A stretch of 64,000 nt of DNA from Methanomassiliicoccaceae archaeon (GCA_963751645.1 CAVVVD010000008.1:13480-77479); one strand, 5' to 3'. Shown: positions 35,577 to 46,497, numbered from the stretch's first letter. The notes: generated by a model from the sequence alone, not told the origin. Numbers and translations: made by a program.

Positions 35577-36687
35577 ATGGTCGGAGGGGGAAAGGCCTCA
35601 TGGGTGCAGATGCTCTCGAGCGCATCGCTGTCCGGGTCTGCACTTCTAATCCCGAACCTTTTACAGGATGAGTTCGGGGCGAACACCATCGAGATCGGGC
35701 TTATCACCGCCTCCTTCAACGCCGCACTTTTCGGTTCTTCGTATTACTTCGGGCGTTACTCTGACGTCCATGGACGTAGGATGATCCTACAGGTAGGACT
35801 GGCCCTGACCTCGGTCGCCATATTCTTACTCATCTTCGCCGGGGACGTGTCAAGCATTGCCATCGTACGCCTGATCGTGGGACTCTGCGCTGGTATCTAT
35901 CCTTCCGCCCTGCTCGCGCATGTCTATGACTCCGATAAGAAGGTCGGTAAGTTCTCCGCCTATGGGAGCCTGGGATTCGGCATAGGTGTATTCATGGCGG
36001 GATCATCTCCATCTACTACGAGATCTTCCTGGCCTGCTCCATCCTCATGTTCGCGGCCTTCACGATCTCATTGTTGATCCCCTTTCCCGGGAGAAGCATC
36101 AGAAGGTGCCTCTCTTCCCCAGGGAGATCCTCAAACGTAACTATCCGGTCTACCTCTCCGTCATGTTCCGCCACACGGGTGCCAACATGATCTGGGTGAT
36201 CTACCCCTTGTTCCTCCAGGACCTCGGGGCCGCCCCCTGGTTCATAGGGACTATCTATGCGGTCAATGCCGTGGCCCAGTTCGTCTTCATGAACATCGTG
36301 GACCGGTTCAGCTCCAAGAAGTTGGTCGTGGCCGGTTTCATCTTCTCCATCGTTACTTTCCCAGCATACACCCTGGCCACCGAGGCGTGGCAGATCATCC
36401 CTGCCCAGATCACCATCGCCGCCGCATGGTCCAGCCTCTATGTGGGAAGCATCAAGTTCGTCATGGAGCGGAATGAGGAGAAGGGGACCAGTGCTGGTCT
36501 GTTGCAATCCTCGTTGAGCATATCGGCCATCATAGGGGCGGTATGCGGGGGGGTCGCCGCCTATGTCTATGGATACCATGGGGCGATGTACATCGCCACC
36601 GTGCTCGCCTCGATCGGGCTTGTGGTGTTCTTCCTTTCATTACGAAGGGTGGAGCGCTCCCCCCAGAAAGAAATTAAAGCTGTATAG
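35577..36687 (+). pseudogene. MFS transporter interrupted by two frame shifts (about 36000 and about 36085)
   Basis: The N-terminal half is in frame 0 (to ...GIGVFMAG). TM6 (IISIYYEIFLACSILMFAAFTISLLIPFP) is readable only in frame 2. The C-terminal half (EKHQKVPLFPREILKRNYPVYLSVMF...) is in frame 1. Both junctions sit at G/C homopolymer runs. Confidence 0.7.
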
Positions 36688-36700
36688 GCGATGGGGTGCT

Positions 36701-37606
36701 GTGGAGCTTCTCTTCTTGGGAACAGGGGGCAGCGTCCCGACCCCGGAGAGGAACACCGTCGCCATCGCCTTGCGCCATGGCCCGGAGGTTCTCCTGTTCG
36801 ATTGCGGGGAGGGCACCCAAAGGCAGTTCATGCGCTCATCCTTCTCTTATATGAAGGTCACCCGGGTCTTCGTCACCCATCTTCACGGTGACCACTTCCT
36901 AGGGTTGCCAGGGCTCATCCAATCCATGAACTTCAATGGAAGGGAGAGGCCACTGTACATCTATGGTCCGGAGGGGACCATCGACATGGTGGAGGGTGTG
37001 CTCAAGCTGGGACTCTTCGACCTGGGGTTCGATGTGGTGGCCAGGGAGCTAACCGATACCGAGGTGGTCGAGGGAGATGATTTCACGGTAAAGGCCATCA
37101 AGGTGGACCATACCGTTCCCGCGCTAGGATACGTCTTCGAGGAAAAGGGATACCCAGGAAGGTTCATTCCGGAAAGGGCGAAGGACCTGGGAGTGCCCGA
37201 AGGGCCCTTGTTCGCACGTCTCCAGGCTGGCGAGTGGGTCGAGGTCGAAGATGGTATCGTGACCCCCGACATGGTCCTTGGCCCCTCCAGGAACGGTATG
37301 AAGTTCTCCTACAGCGGCGATACCAGACCTTGCGAGGGCTTCATGGAGGCGGCCAGAGGGAGCGATGTCATGGTGCACGAGGCCACGGTCGATTCTTCGC
37401 TCTCCGAGAAGGCCAAGGCTTTCGGTCATTCCACGGCGGAGGAGGCGGCCCGGTTGGCCCATCGGGCCGGAGTGCGGAGATTGTATCTCGTGCACTTCAG
37501 CGGGAGATACGAGGATCCATCCATCCTACTGGAGGAGGCGGTCAGGTATTTTTCGGAATCTTACCTGGCGGCGGACCTCATGGTCGTCGACATCCGCAGA
37601 CAGTAG
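36701..37606 (+). CDS. rnz: Ribonuclease Z
   Basis: GTG start giving (M)ELLFLGTGGSVPT..., metallo-beta-lactamase motif THLHGDHFLGLPGL, and C-terminal LVHFS. The upstream part of the track ORF overlaps the MFS gene. Confidence 0.85.
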   Translation: MELLFLGTGGSVPTPERNTVAIALRHGPEVLLFDCGEGTQRQFMRSSFSYMKVTRVFVTHLHGDHFLGLPGLIQSMNFNGRERPLYIYGPEGTIDMVEGVLKLGLFDLGFDVVARELTDTEVVEGDDFTVKAIKVDHTVPALGYVFEEKGYPGRFIPERAKDLGVPEGPLFARLQAGEWVEVEDGIVTPDMVLGPSRNGMKFSYSGDTRPCEGFMEAARGSDVMVHEATVDSSLSEKAKAFGHSTAEEAARLAHRAGVRRLYLVHFSGRYEDPSILLEEAVRYFSESYLAADLMVVDIRRQ

Positions 37607-37615
37607 CTGGAGATG

Positions 37616-38206
37616 TCACATCAATTTGAGAACGTCCGAACGGGTGATTATGCCTACGATCATCCCCTTCTTCGAGACCAGCACGGCGTCCGAGGTCGAA
37701 AGCAACGAGGTGACCACATCCACTGGGGTATCTACGTTGACGATCGGGAACGTCCCCGACATGATGGAACCCACCCCCAGCTCGCTGAGGTCCTCCATCC
37801 GTGCTCCGTCCTGCAACCGGGAGAGGATGTCATATTCGGTTATGCTGCCCACGTGCTGGACCCCATCGAAGACCGGTAACTGGGAATATCCCGTCTGCCT
37901 CATGATCTCGGACGCATGCCTGGTGGTGTCCCGGACCTGGACGCTAATGACATTCTCGGACATGACGTCCTTGGCCTGACGGGAATGGCTGCGCCGGTTC
38001 ATCTCCTCCTCCAGGACGGTGAAGATGCGGGTGACGGCCTCGTAACTGCCCTTGATCGCCCCCCGCTCCATCTTGGCTATGGTGGACTGAGAAACACCAG
38101 AGATCGTGGCTAGCTCGGCCTGGGTGATGTCGAGGTTCTTGCGCATCCTCTTGATGTCGGTCTCCTCGGGGAACTTCATATCGAGGATTGAATATGATTT
38201 ATTCAT
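37616..38206 (-). CDS. HTH (XRE-type) + tandem CBS domain transcriptional regulator
   Basis: 196 aa. LDITQAELATISGVSQSTIAKMERG is the HTH. It is followed by two CBS motifs (AKDVMSENVISVQ...; VGSIMSGTFPIVN...GIITRSDVLK). Confidence 0.75.
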   Translation of the reverse strand: MNKSYSILDMKFPEETDIKRMRKNLDITQAELATISGVSQSTIAKMERGAIKGSYEAVTRIFTVLEEEMNRRSHSRQAKDVMSENVISVQVRDTTRHASEIMRQTGYSQLPVFDGVQHVGSITEYDILSRLQDGARMEDLSELGVGSIMSGTFPIVNVDTPVDVVTSLLSTSDAVLVSKKGMIVGIITRSDVLKLM

Positions 38207-38334
38207 ATATGAATAATTGAGTCAATCATCCTTAAATCGAGGGAATAAATAACGAGCCATCCATCCCTGACAATGGACTGGCCAGTTGGGTCAGCTCCTC
38301 GGGACGGTCCCAAGGATCCAAGGAGATTCAGCAT

Positions 38335-39618
38335 ATGGCGAAGACTGTCAAGAAAATTGCGGCCCCCAAGAAGGCCGCTGTCCAGAAGATCAGAAAGAAC
38401 ATCATCGTCGAGAGCGCGAGCCACACCCCCATCGAACAGCAGCGTGTGGAACTGGTGGAGCGCAAGGGCATCGGGCATCCGGATAGCATTTCCGACGGCA
38501 TCGCCGAATCGGTTTCCAGAGCGCTTTGCAAGATGTACCTGGACTATCACGGTGAGATCCTGCATCACAACACCGACCAGAACGAGGTCGTGGGCGGACA
38601 GAGCGCCCCCAAGTTCGGTGGCGGCCGCATGCTGGAGCCCATATACATAGTGTTAGTGGGAAGGGCCATCACCACGGTCAACAATGAGAGGCTCCCTTAC
38701 GCCACCACGGCCATTAGTGCCGCCAAGGACTATCTGAAACGCTTCCCCAACCTCGACGTCAGGAACGATGTCATCGTGGACTGCAAGATCGGCAAAGGCT
38801 CCCAGGACCTCATCAAGAACTTCGAGACCCTTCAGCATAAGTGTGGGACGGACTTCAGCGGCAACCATTGCCTACTGGCCAACGACACCTCCTTCGGCTG
38901 CAGCTACGCCCCCCTCTCCCAGACCGAGACCGTTTGCCTGGAGACCGAGCGCTACATCAATGGGGCGATGAAGAAGAAACTGAAGGAGACCGGCGAGGAC
39001 GTCAAGGTCATGTGCGCCCGCGATGGCGACAAGATCACCATGACCGTGGCATGCGCCATGGTCGACCGCTATATCCCTGATGCCGATCATTACACCAGCG
39101 CCCTGCAGCAGATGAAGGACCTAGTACTCGACAAGGCCTGCAAATACACGGACTACGAGGTCGCTGTCGACATCAACTATGCCGATGATCCGGAGAACGG
39201 CAACTACTATCTGACCGTGACGGGCCTGAGCGCAGAGAACGGTGACGACGGCTCCGTCGGGCGAGGCAACCGCGTCAACGGTCTGATCACCCCATACCGC
39301 CCCATGTCCATGGAGGCCTCGGCCGGCAAGAATCCCATCACCCACGTCGGCAAGATGTACAACATCCTTGCCAACTGGATCGCCGCTGACATCGTGAAGG
39401 AGGCGAAAGGAGATGTGTTGGAGGCGCACGTACGCATCCTCTCCCAGATCGGTCGGCCCATAAGTGACCCCCAGACATGCAGCATCCAGCTGTTCATGGC
39501 CCCCGGCGTAAAACAGGAAAAATGGATCAGCAACGCCCAAGGGATCGCGAACAACTGGTTGGACAGCATCGGCAAAGTGACAGAGAAAGTTGTAAAAGGC
39601 GATGTGACGGTATTCTAG
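38335..39618 (+). CDS. metK: S-adenosylmethionine synthetase, archaeal type
   Basis: 427 aa. NIIVES...VELVERKGIGHPDSISDGIAESV...HHNTDQNEVVGG are archaeal MAT signatures. It is preceded by a ~20-aa Lys/Ala-rich N-terminal extension. Confidence 0.9.
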   Translation: MAKTVKKIAAPKKAAVQKIRKNIIVESASHTPIEQQRVELVERKGIGHPDSISDGIAESVSRALCKMYLDYHGEILHHNTDQNEVVGGQSAPKFGGGRMLEPIYIVLVGRAITTVNNERLPYATTAISAAKDYLKRFPNLDVRNDVIVDCKIGKGSQDLIKNFETLQHKCGTDFSGNHCLLANDTSFGCSYAPLSQTETVCLETERYINGAMKKKLKETGEDVKVMCARDGDKITMTVACAMVDRYIPDADHYTSALQQMKDLVLDKACKYTDYEVAVDINYADDPENGNYYLTVTGLSAENGDDGSVGRGNRVNGLITPYRPMSMEASAGKNPITHVGKMYNILANWIAADIVKEAKGDVLEAHVRILSQIGRPISDPQTCSIQLFMAPGVKQEKWISNAQGIANNWLDSIGKVTEKVVKGDVTVF

Positions 39619-39622
39619 GCCG

Positions 39623-40207
39623 ATGAAGCTCATCGACCTATCCCGGTACGGGCCGGTGCACCGCTTCGCTGACTTCCATGTATACAAGGCCCTCGCCGCC
39701 CTGTCCGATGGGCGGCGCAAGGGCCGGAAACAACTGTCCCAGGCAGTGGGGGTAGGCGAGGGCAGCATGCGCACCATCATAGAGTACCTGCGAGACCACG
39801 AACTGATCGATGTCAAGCAGACCGGGATATCCATATCCAATAAGGGCGTGGAGTTCCTGAACGGATTCCCGATCCAGGTGGGTGCGCTACCCAAGACCGA
39901 TGCCTCACTTGGCCTTGAGACAGTGGCGATCTTGGTACGAGGTCATCGGAGAATGGTCAAGATAGGTGTGGAACAAAGGGACGCTGCCGTCCGAGCCGGG
40001 GCAGACGGTGCGACCACCATCCTGATCCAGGGTGGCGAGCTCTGGGTGCCCCCCGACTTCAACCTCGACAAGGAGAGACCTGCCTTCGCCGCGGAGCTCC
40101 GGGACATCTTCAATGTCTTGGAGGGGGATGTCATCATCATAGGTACGGGATCGGACTATCATCATGCGGAGGATGGTGCGCTGGCCGCCGCTTTCGAGCT
40201 CATCTGA
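39623..40207 (+). CDS. Winged-helix + DUF4443-like protein (hypothetical)
   Basis: 194 aa. N-terminal wHTH-like segment (RKGRKQLSQAVGVGEGSMRTIIEYLRDHELI). A 4-nt gap after metK suggests co-transcription. Confidence 0.45.
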   Translation: MKLIDLSRYGPVHRFADFHVYKALAALSDGRRKGRKQLSQAVGVGEGSMRTIIEYLRDHELIDVKQTGISISNKGVEFLNGFPIQVGALPKTDASLGLETVAILVRGHRRMVKIGVEQRDAAVRAGADGATTILIQGGELWVPPDFNLDKERPAFAAELRDIFNVLEGDVIIIGTGSDYHHAEDGALAAAFELI

Positions 40208-40213
40208 GTTTGC

Positions 40214-42355
40214 TCATCCCTCGCTCGACCGAGCGGACCGTTTGATCCATTTCTCGAGATCCTCCCATGAGTTGATGGGTGCCAGACAGGAATTGCCCTG
40301 GCAAATGTGTACGGTCACCAGACCAGGTCCTGTGCCCTTAAGGTCGAGATGGGGCAGCTCATGGCACCTATCATCGGCACCTACCTTGCGATAGAGCAAG
40401 GCCATGTCCGGAAGATACCCGGAATTTAGGGAACGAAGCATTCGCTGCGCCAATTCTCGATCCCCACCGTCACTGATCACCACCTCTGGCGCGGAGGCTT
40501 TGAGCAGGTCCGCTGCCATGGCCAAAAAGGAATGGGCGCTAGGCACCCTCGATGCCATGGGTAATGTCGCCTGCAGACCACGTTCTGCGAGTCGCCGATA
40601 ATCCTCATCCTCGGTGAGCTGATAGAGGATCATCAGGTCGTAGATCGCCACCGAGTTACCGGAGGGCATGGCCCCATCATAATGCTCCTTGCCCCGTATG
40701 AGCATCTCGTCGTTCTCTCGCGCCAGGAAGAAATCCCCCTCAGGAGATGCGAAGTCATGTACCATCTCCTTGGCCAGCTCCCTGGCTCGCTTGAGGTAGC
40801 GTAGCTCGAAGGTGGCCATGTACAGCTCCAGCAACCCCCAGATGTAGAACGCCAGATCGCTGAGGAAGACCGTTATGGCCGAACGACCGGCACGATAGCT
40901 GTGATGTAGGCCATCGAATGGGTCCATCAATCTGGTCTCTATGAAGTCCACTATCCCGACCGCAGCTCGGATATGTTCTTCGTCCCCGAAGGCGCGGAAC
41001 GCCTTGGCGAGAGCAGCGACCATGAGGCCGTTCCAATCCAAGAGGACCTTGTCGTCCCGGAGCGGCCGCTCCCGTTCCTCCCGCAACCTGTACAGACCCC
41101 GAAATCCGTTGTCGAGGGTCTTGGTCAGGACCGATCGGGAAATGTCCCTTTCCAATGCCAGGTCCTCCAGGTCATTGGTCAGGTGGACGATGTTGCGTCC
41201 CAAGTGCCTTCCGGAGGCCTCCTCGCGGTAATTGCCCTCCTCCCGGATGTCACAGGCATCGAGGAAGATCGAGCCGTCCTCAGGACCCATTGACCCCACC
41301 ACCTCCCCATGCGTGAAGGTGTAGAACCTTCCCTCCTCCCCTTCGCTATCGGCATCCTCTGAGGAATAGAGGCCTCCCTCGGGCGATCTTAGGTCCCTGA
41401 GAACGTAGGCTAGCGTGTCACATGCCACTCGTTTGAACCAATCGTCTTTGGTCAAGAGGTAGGCCTCTGTATAGGCCATGACGTGCATGGCCTGGTCATA
41501 GAGCATCTTCTCGAAATGAGGAACGAACCAGCGAAGGTCCGTGGAATAACGGTGGAACCCGAAGCCGACGTGGTCATAGATCCCGCCATGGCTCATATTG
41601 CGCAGGGTCCACAATGCCATGTCCAGTGCCGACTGGTCGCCTCGCCTCCGCCCATAGCGGAGGAGCAACATCAACTTATGAGGGGTGGGGAACTTGGGGG
41701 CCTCCTCGAAACCACCGTATTTGTCCTCATACGTGGAGAGGAGCTCCTGGAAGGCTAATTGTGCCAGGTCGGCCCCTTCGTCCACTTTCGTCACCATTGT
41801 GGACCGTTGTCGCAACGAGGCCACGACCTGGTCGGCCACTCGATCGATCTCGCCGCGTCTCTCCTGCCATACCTTGGAAATGGTGGGGATGAGGTCCAGA
41901 AGGCCCATCGTTCCTCCTCGGTTGCCGCGCGGGATGAAGGTGGCGGCGTAGAATGGCCGCCTGTCCGGACGCATGATTATGGTCAGGGGCCAACCGCCCC
42001 CACCGGTCATCATCTGGCATACCTTCATGTAAAGATCGTCGATGTCCGGCCTCTCCTCCCTGTCCACCTTGATGTTGACGAAGGTCTGGTTCATCAATGT
42101 GGCCACATCCTCGTCCTCGAAGCACTCCCGTTCCATGACATGGCACCAATGGCAGGAGGAATATCCGATGGAGAGGAAGATGGGCCTATCCTCCGAACTG
42201 GCCTTGGCGAAAGCCTCCTCCCCCCAGGGGAACCAGTCCACGGGGTTGTGCGCGTGCTGCAGGAGATAGGGGCTCTGCTCGTTGGCCAGACGATTTGTGT
42301 GCTTGGGGGAAGACATGATCGGACCTCTCTGCCCGTCATAGGAGAGGCGAGGCAT
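40214..42355 (-). CDS. Thioredoxin-domain (DUF255) + six-hairpin glycosidase-like protein (YyaL/SSP411 family)
   Basis: [29 protein letters not shown]...[22 protein letters not shown] is the DUF255 signature. The track ORF start (42685) overlaps hcp. The start is taken at Met 42355 (alternative 42316). Confidence 0.8.
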   Translation of the reverse strand: MPRLSYDGQRGPIMSSPKHTNRLANEQSPYLLQHAHNPVDWFPWGEEAFAKASSEDRPIFLSIGYSSCHWCHVMERECFEDEDVATLMNQTFVNIKVDREERPDIDDLYMKVCQMMTGGGGWPLTIIMRPDRRPFYAATFIPRGNRGGTMGLLDLIPTISKVWQERRGEIDRVADQVVASLRQRSTMVTKVDEGADLAQLAFQELLSTYEDKYGGFEEAPKFPTPHKLMLLLRYGRRRGDQSALDMALWTLRNMSHGGIYDHVGFGFHRYSTDLRWFVPHFEKMLYDQAMHVMAYTEAYLLTKDDWFKRVACDTLAYVLRDLRSPEGGLYSSEDADSEGEEGRFYTFTHGEVVGSMGPEDGSIFLDACDIREEGNYREEASGRHLGRNIVHLTNDLEDLALERDISRSVLTKTLDNGFRGLYRLREERERPLRDDKVLLDWNGLMVAALAKAFRAFGDEEHIRAAVGIVDFIETRLMDPFDGLHHSYRAGRSAITVFLSDLAFYIWGLLELYMATFELRYLKRARELAKEMVHDFASPEGDFFLARENDEMLIRGKEHYDGAMPSGNSVAIYDLMILYQLTEDEDYRRLAERGLQATLPMASRVPSAHSFLAMAADLLKASAPEVVISDGGDRELAQRMLRSLNSGYLPDMALLYRKVGADDRCHELPHLDLKGTGPGLVTVHICQGNSCLAPINSWEDLEKWIKRSARSSEG

Positions 42356-42402
42356 AATCAAGCTTCTGGAAAAGAAGGGAAATGGTTTGATGGTCGGAAC
42401 GC

Positions 42403-43734
42403 TCAATTCTGAATGGCGGAGCTGATGTCCTCCTCGGGCCTTCCCATGAGGGAGATGCCGTACTCCTTCACCAGGACGTTCAATATGTCCTGATTCACCC
42501 AGGCAGGCAGGATCGGGCCGAGCTGTATGTTCTTCACACCAGCGGCCAACAGGCTCCAGAGGATGGCGACGGCCTTCTGCTCCATCCAACTGACATGAAG
42601 GGTGAGGGGCAGGTCGTTCACACCCATGTTCAAGGCATCGGCGAGGGCCGCAGCGATGTCCAAGGCCACAATCGAGTCGTTGCATTGTCCCACATCGATA
42701 AGTCGGGGCACTCCCTCGATGGATCCCAGGTCAAGGTGGTTGAACCGGTACTTCCCGCAGGCCAAGGTCAGAACGATCGAGTCCTTGGGCAACTTCTCCA
42801 CGAACTCCGCATAGTACTCGCTCTTTTTGAGAGGGGCGTCACACCCTCCTACCAGGAAGAAGTGGCTTATCTTCCCCTGCTTCACGAGGTCGAGGATCTT
42901 GGGGGCGATGCCTAGCACTGTGCTCGCTCCGAAGCCGGTGGTCACCTGGCCATCGATATGTCCGGGAAGGTCCGGTAACGACCGGGCCATCTCGATCACA
43001 GGCGAGAAGTCGTATCCATGGACCTTCTTCACGCCAGGAAGGCCGGCCACGCCCACCGTGAACATGCGGTCCTTGTAGCTGTCCTTGGGCAGGAGCACGC
43101 AGTTCGAGGTCCCGACGATGGCCGCATTGACCTCGGCGAAGAGCGTCTTCTGGTCGAACCAGGCCTTTCCCACGTTCCCGGCCAGGTGCTTGTACTGACG
43201 TAGCTTGGGATAGCCATGGGCAGGAAGCAGTTCGGAATGAGTGTAAACGTTGATCCCAGTGCCCTCGGTCTGTTTGAGCAGCTCCTCCAACGCTTTGAGG
43301 CTGTGCCCGGTGGCGATGATGGCCTTCCCCTTCCTGGTCCCATTGGGCACCTGGACCGGGGTCGGTTCGCCATAGCGCTCGATGTGAGCGTTCTTGAGCA
43401 TGCGCATGGCCTTGATGTTGACCCGCCCTGCCTCCAACGCCATGGCCACGAAGTCACCGGCGTCGAAATTGACGTTGGTCAAGGTGGCGTACAGCCCTTT
43501 GGCGATGAACGCGTCCACCTCGGGGTCTGACTTGCCCAGCTCGCGGCAGTGATAGGAGTATGCCGCTATCCCCTTCATCGTGAAGATCAGATTGTCCTGC
43601 AATCTCGCCACGGTGGGCTCCTTGCCGCAAACACCCTTCACGGTGCAACCTGTGCCTCGTGCGGTCTGTGAGCATTGATAGCAGAACATATCCAACGGTT
43701 TCTCTTCTGGCATATATGACACCGGAAAAGCCAT
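42403..43734 (-). CDS. hcp: Hybrid cluster protein / hydroxylamine reductase (short form)
   Basis: N-terminal Cys motif [23 protein letters not shown], later LVGGCD and GQCND motifs. 443 aa. The start is possibly the MFCYQC Met. Confidence 0.85.
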   Translation of the reverse strand: MAFPVSYMPEEKPLDMFCYQCSQTARGTGCTVKGVCGKEPTVARLQDNLIFTMKGIAAYSYHCRELGKSDPEVDAFIAKGLYATLTNVNFDAGDFVAMALEAGRVNIKAMRMLKNAHIERYGEPTPVQVPNGTRKGKAIIATGHSLKALEELLKQTEGTGINVYTHSELLPAHGYPKLRQYKHLAGNVGKAWFDQKTLFAEVNAAIVGTSNCVLLPKDSYKDRMFTVGVAGLPGVKKVHGYDFSPVIEMARSLPDLPGHIDGQVTTGFGASTVLGIAPKILDLVKQGKISHFFLVGGCDAPLKKSEYYAEFVEKLPKDSIVLTLACGKYRFNHLDLGSIEGVPRLIDVGQCNDSIVALDIAAALADALNMGVNDLPLTLHVSWMEQKAVAILWSLLAAGVKNIQLGPILPAWVNQDILNVLVKEYGISLMGRPEEDISSAIQN

Positions 43735-43799
43735 GGATGCTGCCTATTTACATAGTTAATCCCGAACAGAACGATGTCACCTAACGTTCGGCCGCCTAG

Positions 43800-43851
43800 A
43801 AGAAAGGGGTTTGGAAAGGGTTTTGACTCGGTCGGTGGCCCAACCCCTTTC
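43800..43851 (-). terminator. Strong hairpin between the glutamate-synthase-like gene and hcp
   Basis: AGAAAGGGGTT ... AACCCCTTTCT forms an 11-bp perfect stem, extendable after one mismatch. On the minus strand it is followed by a T-rich tract (TTTCTTCT). The terminator role is inferred. Confidence 0.3.
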
Positions 43852-44018
43852 TTTATGCGATACTCTCCTCCTAAGAAAGTCCCGCTCTCCACCCCCGTGG
43901 AGCCCCGCCCTTATGAACGGTTGGAAGTGCTAGCACATGGTCATTATAAAAATATTTTTCCGTTTATTTTAAATATAAAAGAAGGGAAAAAGGTTTTGCC
44001 AAAGCTCATGTGGCTCGT

Positions 44019-45644
44019 TCACTCGTCCCAGAACTCCAGGATGCCTGGCATGACCTTCTCGGCCATCTCGTCGATGGTGGGTATGCCGGTCACCTTGGCG
44101 GCGTAGGGGGTGAGGGACATGATGTCGCTGCGGTCCAGGACCTCAAGGCTGAACTTCCTGGACCCGGCCATCATCTGGCGCAGTCCGATGGCGAGCCGGT
44201 CGAAGTAGGTATACAGGCCTACTGCGCCCCATGGTATGTCCTTTCCCAGCTTCTTACCAGGATACTCCTTTATCAGGTCCTGGGCCTGGATGAAGAACTT
44301 GTCCGGTTCCGCTCCATACTCGTCGGTGAAGCTCTTGGCCAGCTTGCCCTCTGCTGCCTGCTTGGCGAAGTACTGGGACTTCATAGCGGCCAGGATGGGT
44401 GCGCGGGCCATCGCGATCCCCTTCACGAGCGGGGCACCGCCGATGTTGCTCATCGCGATCGACTTGTACATCTGGGTCTCGTTCACGAACCCGCCGGCCA
44501 TGATCAGGTCAGGGACGAACTTGCCCTTCTTCTTGAGGATGGATGCACAGGCTAGCATCTGGGCCTGCAGATGCACGGTGGGGGTGGACATCTCGTTCAT
44601 CATGGGCACCGGGCTCATGCCGGTACCGCCACCAGCTCCATCGAAGGTGAGCATGTCGACCTTGGCCATGGAGGCCGCCTTCATCGTGAATGCCACGATC
44701 TCGGGCCTGTACGCACCGGTCTTGAGGAACACGTATTTGGCACCCTTCTCGCGCAGCTTCTCCACATCCTCCACGAAGGAGCGGATGTCGGGGAAACCTA
44801 CGCGGCTATGCCGCTCGAAGGTCTTGAAGACCCCTGCTTTGAATGCCGCCTGGACCGCCTTGTCCTCCGGGTCGGGCAGCACGAGGTAGCCACGCTTCTT
44901 CAGATCCAAAGCGCGCTCTATGCTGGTCAGACGCACCTCGCCACCGATGGCCTTGGCGCCCTGGCCCCATTTGCGTTCGATTATATTGACCTCGAGCTTG
45001 GACATGACGTAGTCGTCGACCCCGCCCCTTCCATCCTCGACGTTGGTCTGGACCGCGATGTCACCGTGCTTGCCGTCCCACAGCTCCCGGTAGGAGCTGA
45101 TGCGGAAGGCCATGTCGGGGCTGCTCTGCACCTTCCCGTTGGCGTAGGTCGACTCGGGGTCCATGCCGCAGACGTTCTCACCCACGGTCTCGATTATTCC
45201 TGCCATGGCCGCTCCCTTGGCGAGCGACTCCCAGTTCCTCTTGGCCACGGCGGTCGAGCCTAGACCGGCGATGACGAAGGGGACCTTCAGATGGATGGGT
45301 TTCTTGTTCCTCGTTGCGACCTTTGTGGTTATGTCCACGTTCTCGAAGAAGGCCTTGTCCGGGTTAGCCTCGATGCCATAGGCCCCGATGAGCTCGGCCA
45401 TGATCTGGAAGTGGGACCAGTCCAAAAAGAAATCCTTGTTGGATGAGGCCGTGCTCGTCCCGAAGTACTCGGGGGACGGGTAGAGGACCTCACGGCCGCG
45501 GAAGGCGGACTTGCCCACCTCGCACAGCACGTTGCATTCTTCTATACATAGAGGGCACATCCCGCTGGTCGGGTTGACGTCCTGCACTCGGGTCTTGGTT
45601 CCAGTGGTGGACCTAGAGTTCTCTATTATTTGCACGCTATTCAC
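44019..45644 (-). CDS. FMN-binding glutamate synthase family protein (GltB domain 2-like)
   Basis: 541 aa. Cys-rich N-terminus (CPLCIEECNVLCE), KWGQGAKAIGGEV, and FDGAGGGTGMSP, typical of the GltS FMN domain family. Confidence 0.8.
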   Translation of the reverse strand: MNSVQIIENSRSTTGTKTRVQDVNPTSGMCPLCIEECNVLCEVGKSAFRGREVLYPSPEYFGTSTASSNKDFFLDWSHFQIMAELIGAYGIEANPDKAFFENVDITTKVATRNKKPIHLKVPFVIAGLGSTAVAKRNWESLAKGAAMAGIIETVGENVCGMDPESTYANGKVQSSPDMAFRISSYRELWDGKHGDIAVQTNVEDGRGGVDDYVMSKLEVNIIERKWGQGAKAIGGEVRLTSIERALDLKKRGYLVLPDPEDKAVQAAFKAGVFKTFERHSRVGFPDIRSFVEDVEKLREKGAKYVFLKTGAYRPEIVAFTMKAASMAKVDMLTFDGAGGGTGMSPVPMMNEMSTPTVHLQAQMLACASILKKKGKFVPDLIMAGGFVNETQMYKSIAMSNIGGAPLVKGIAMARAPILAAMKSQYFAKQAAEGKLAKSFTDEYGAEPDKFFIQAQDLIKEYPGKKLGKDIPWGAVGLYTYFDRLAIGLRQMMAGSRKFSLEVLDRSDIMSLTPYAAKVTGIPTIDEMAEKVMPGILEFWDE

Positions 45645-45959
45645 TCCCTGCTGAAAGATGTTTGAGCACTGGAAGTCATCTCTATATAAGAAAATGATTC
45701 GAAATTTATTAGACGTTTATCTAACGCATATAAATACAGTATATCCAAACGGTCGAAACATCACTATCTGGATGGCATAGAACCCGTCATTTGACTAAAC
45801 GACCCAAGGATAATTGAATCCTAACGGAATCGATGCCCCGGTCCCATCAACAAGGGATCTATCGATGAAAAGAATCACCAGTCATATTCTATAATCAATC
45901 CAGTCCGTTCGATAGTTTTAATATCGGACCCTATAATATGCACAAATCTGGGGATAAAC

Positions 45960-46493
45960 ATGCCAGACGTCAGGCGCAAGGTCGAGGAGGACCGGGGTCT
46001 CCTTAAGAAGATCCAATTGATCATCCCGGGGTATCGTGGCTACAGGATCAGGGAGGACCTTAGGGACTCCGACAAGATCATGCGAATCGAGCTCGCGAAG
46101 CGCCTGGCCTTGCAGAGGGATGAGCTGGAGGATTGCAGGAAGGACCTGCTGGAGGCCATGCCGATGGCGAAGGAGGTCTCCACCCTCGGGGGAATAATCA
46201 ACCAGTACAAGAAGGTGGAGGGTCTGGTGAGGTTCAGCGAGACCGGGTACTCCGGCTTTGTCACAGACGTGCGCTTCGACATCGACGAGCTGAACCGCAT
46301 CTACGATTACGATTACAGCGTCCTCGAGAACGTACACTTCATCGACCAGGCCATTGGTGACCTCAAAGGGGCATTGGCCGCGGAGGATGAGAAAGCGACG
46401 AAGGCGAGCATAAAGGACGTCAAGAAGAGATTGACGGGCCTCGAGGACAAGTGGGAGAAGAGGATCGCAATGATACAAGGCACGGGGCTGTGA
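45960..46493 (+). CDS. Predicted coiled-coil protein, first gene of the SPFH/zinc-ribbon operon
   Basis: 177 aa, highly charged, with heptad-like helices at both ends (RRKVEEDRGLLKKIQ..., KASIKDVKKRLTGLEDKWEKRIAM). It contains the motif IPGYRGYRIREDLRDSDK. A 4-nt gap separates it from the next gene. Confidence 0.55.
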   Translation: MPDVRRKVEEDRGLLKKIQLIIPGYRGYRIREDLRDSDKIMRIELAKRLALQRDELEDCRKDLLEAMPMAKEVSTLGGIINQYKKVEGLVRFSETGYSGFVTDVRFDIDELNRIYDYDYSVLENVHFIDQAIGDLKGALAAEDEKATKASIKDVKKRLTGLEDKWEKRIAMIQGTGL

Positions 46494-46497
46494 ACAC

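Noticed and set aside
39121-39894. 257-aa minus-strand ORF overlapping metK and the DUF4443-like gene. Similar long antisense ORFs lie at 3568-4380, 16554-17057, 22140-22733, 45918-46604, 48313-48978 and 50856-51629.
   Set aside because: Each lies opposite a gene with clear family signatures and has a low-complexity Arg/Gly/His/Pro-rich composition. I treat them as shadow ORFs.
42356-42685. 110-codon N-terminal extension of the YyaL-like ORF
   Set aside because: It overlaps the 3' end of hcp on the same strand in another frame and has an unstructured Arg/Gly/His-rich composition. The DUF255 signature starts right after Met 42355/42316.
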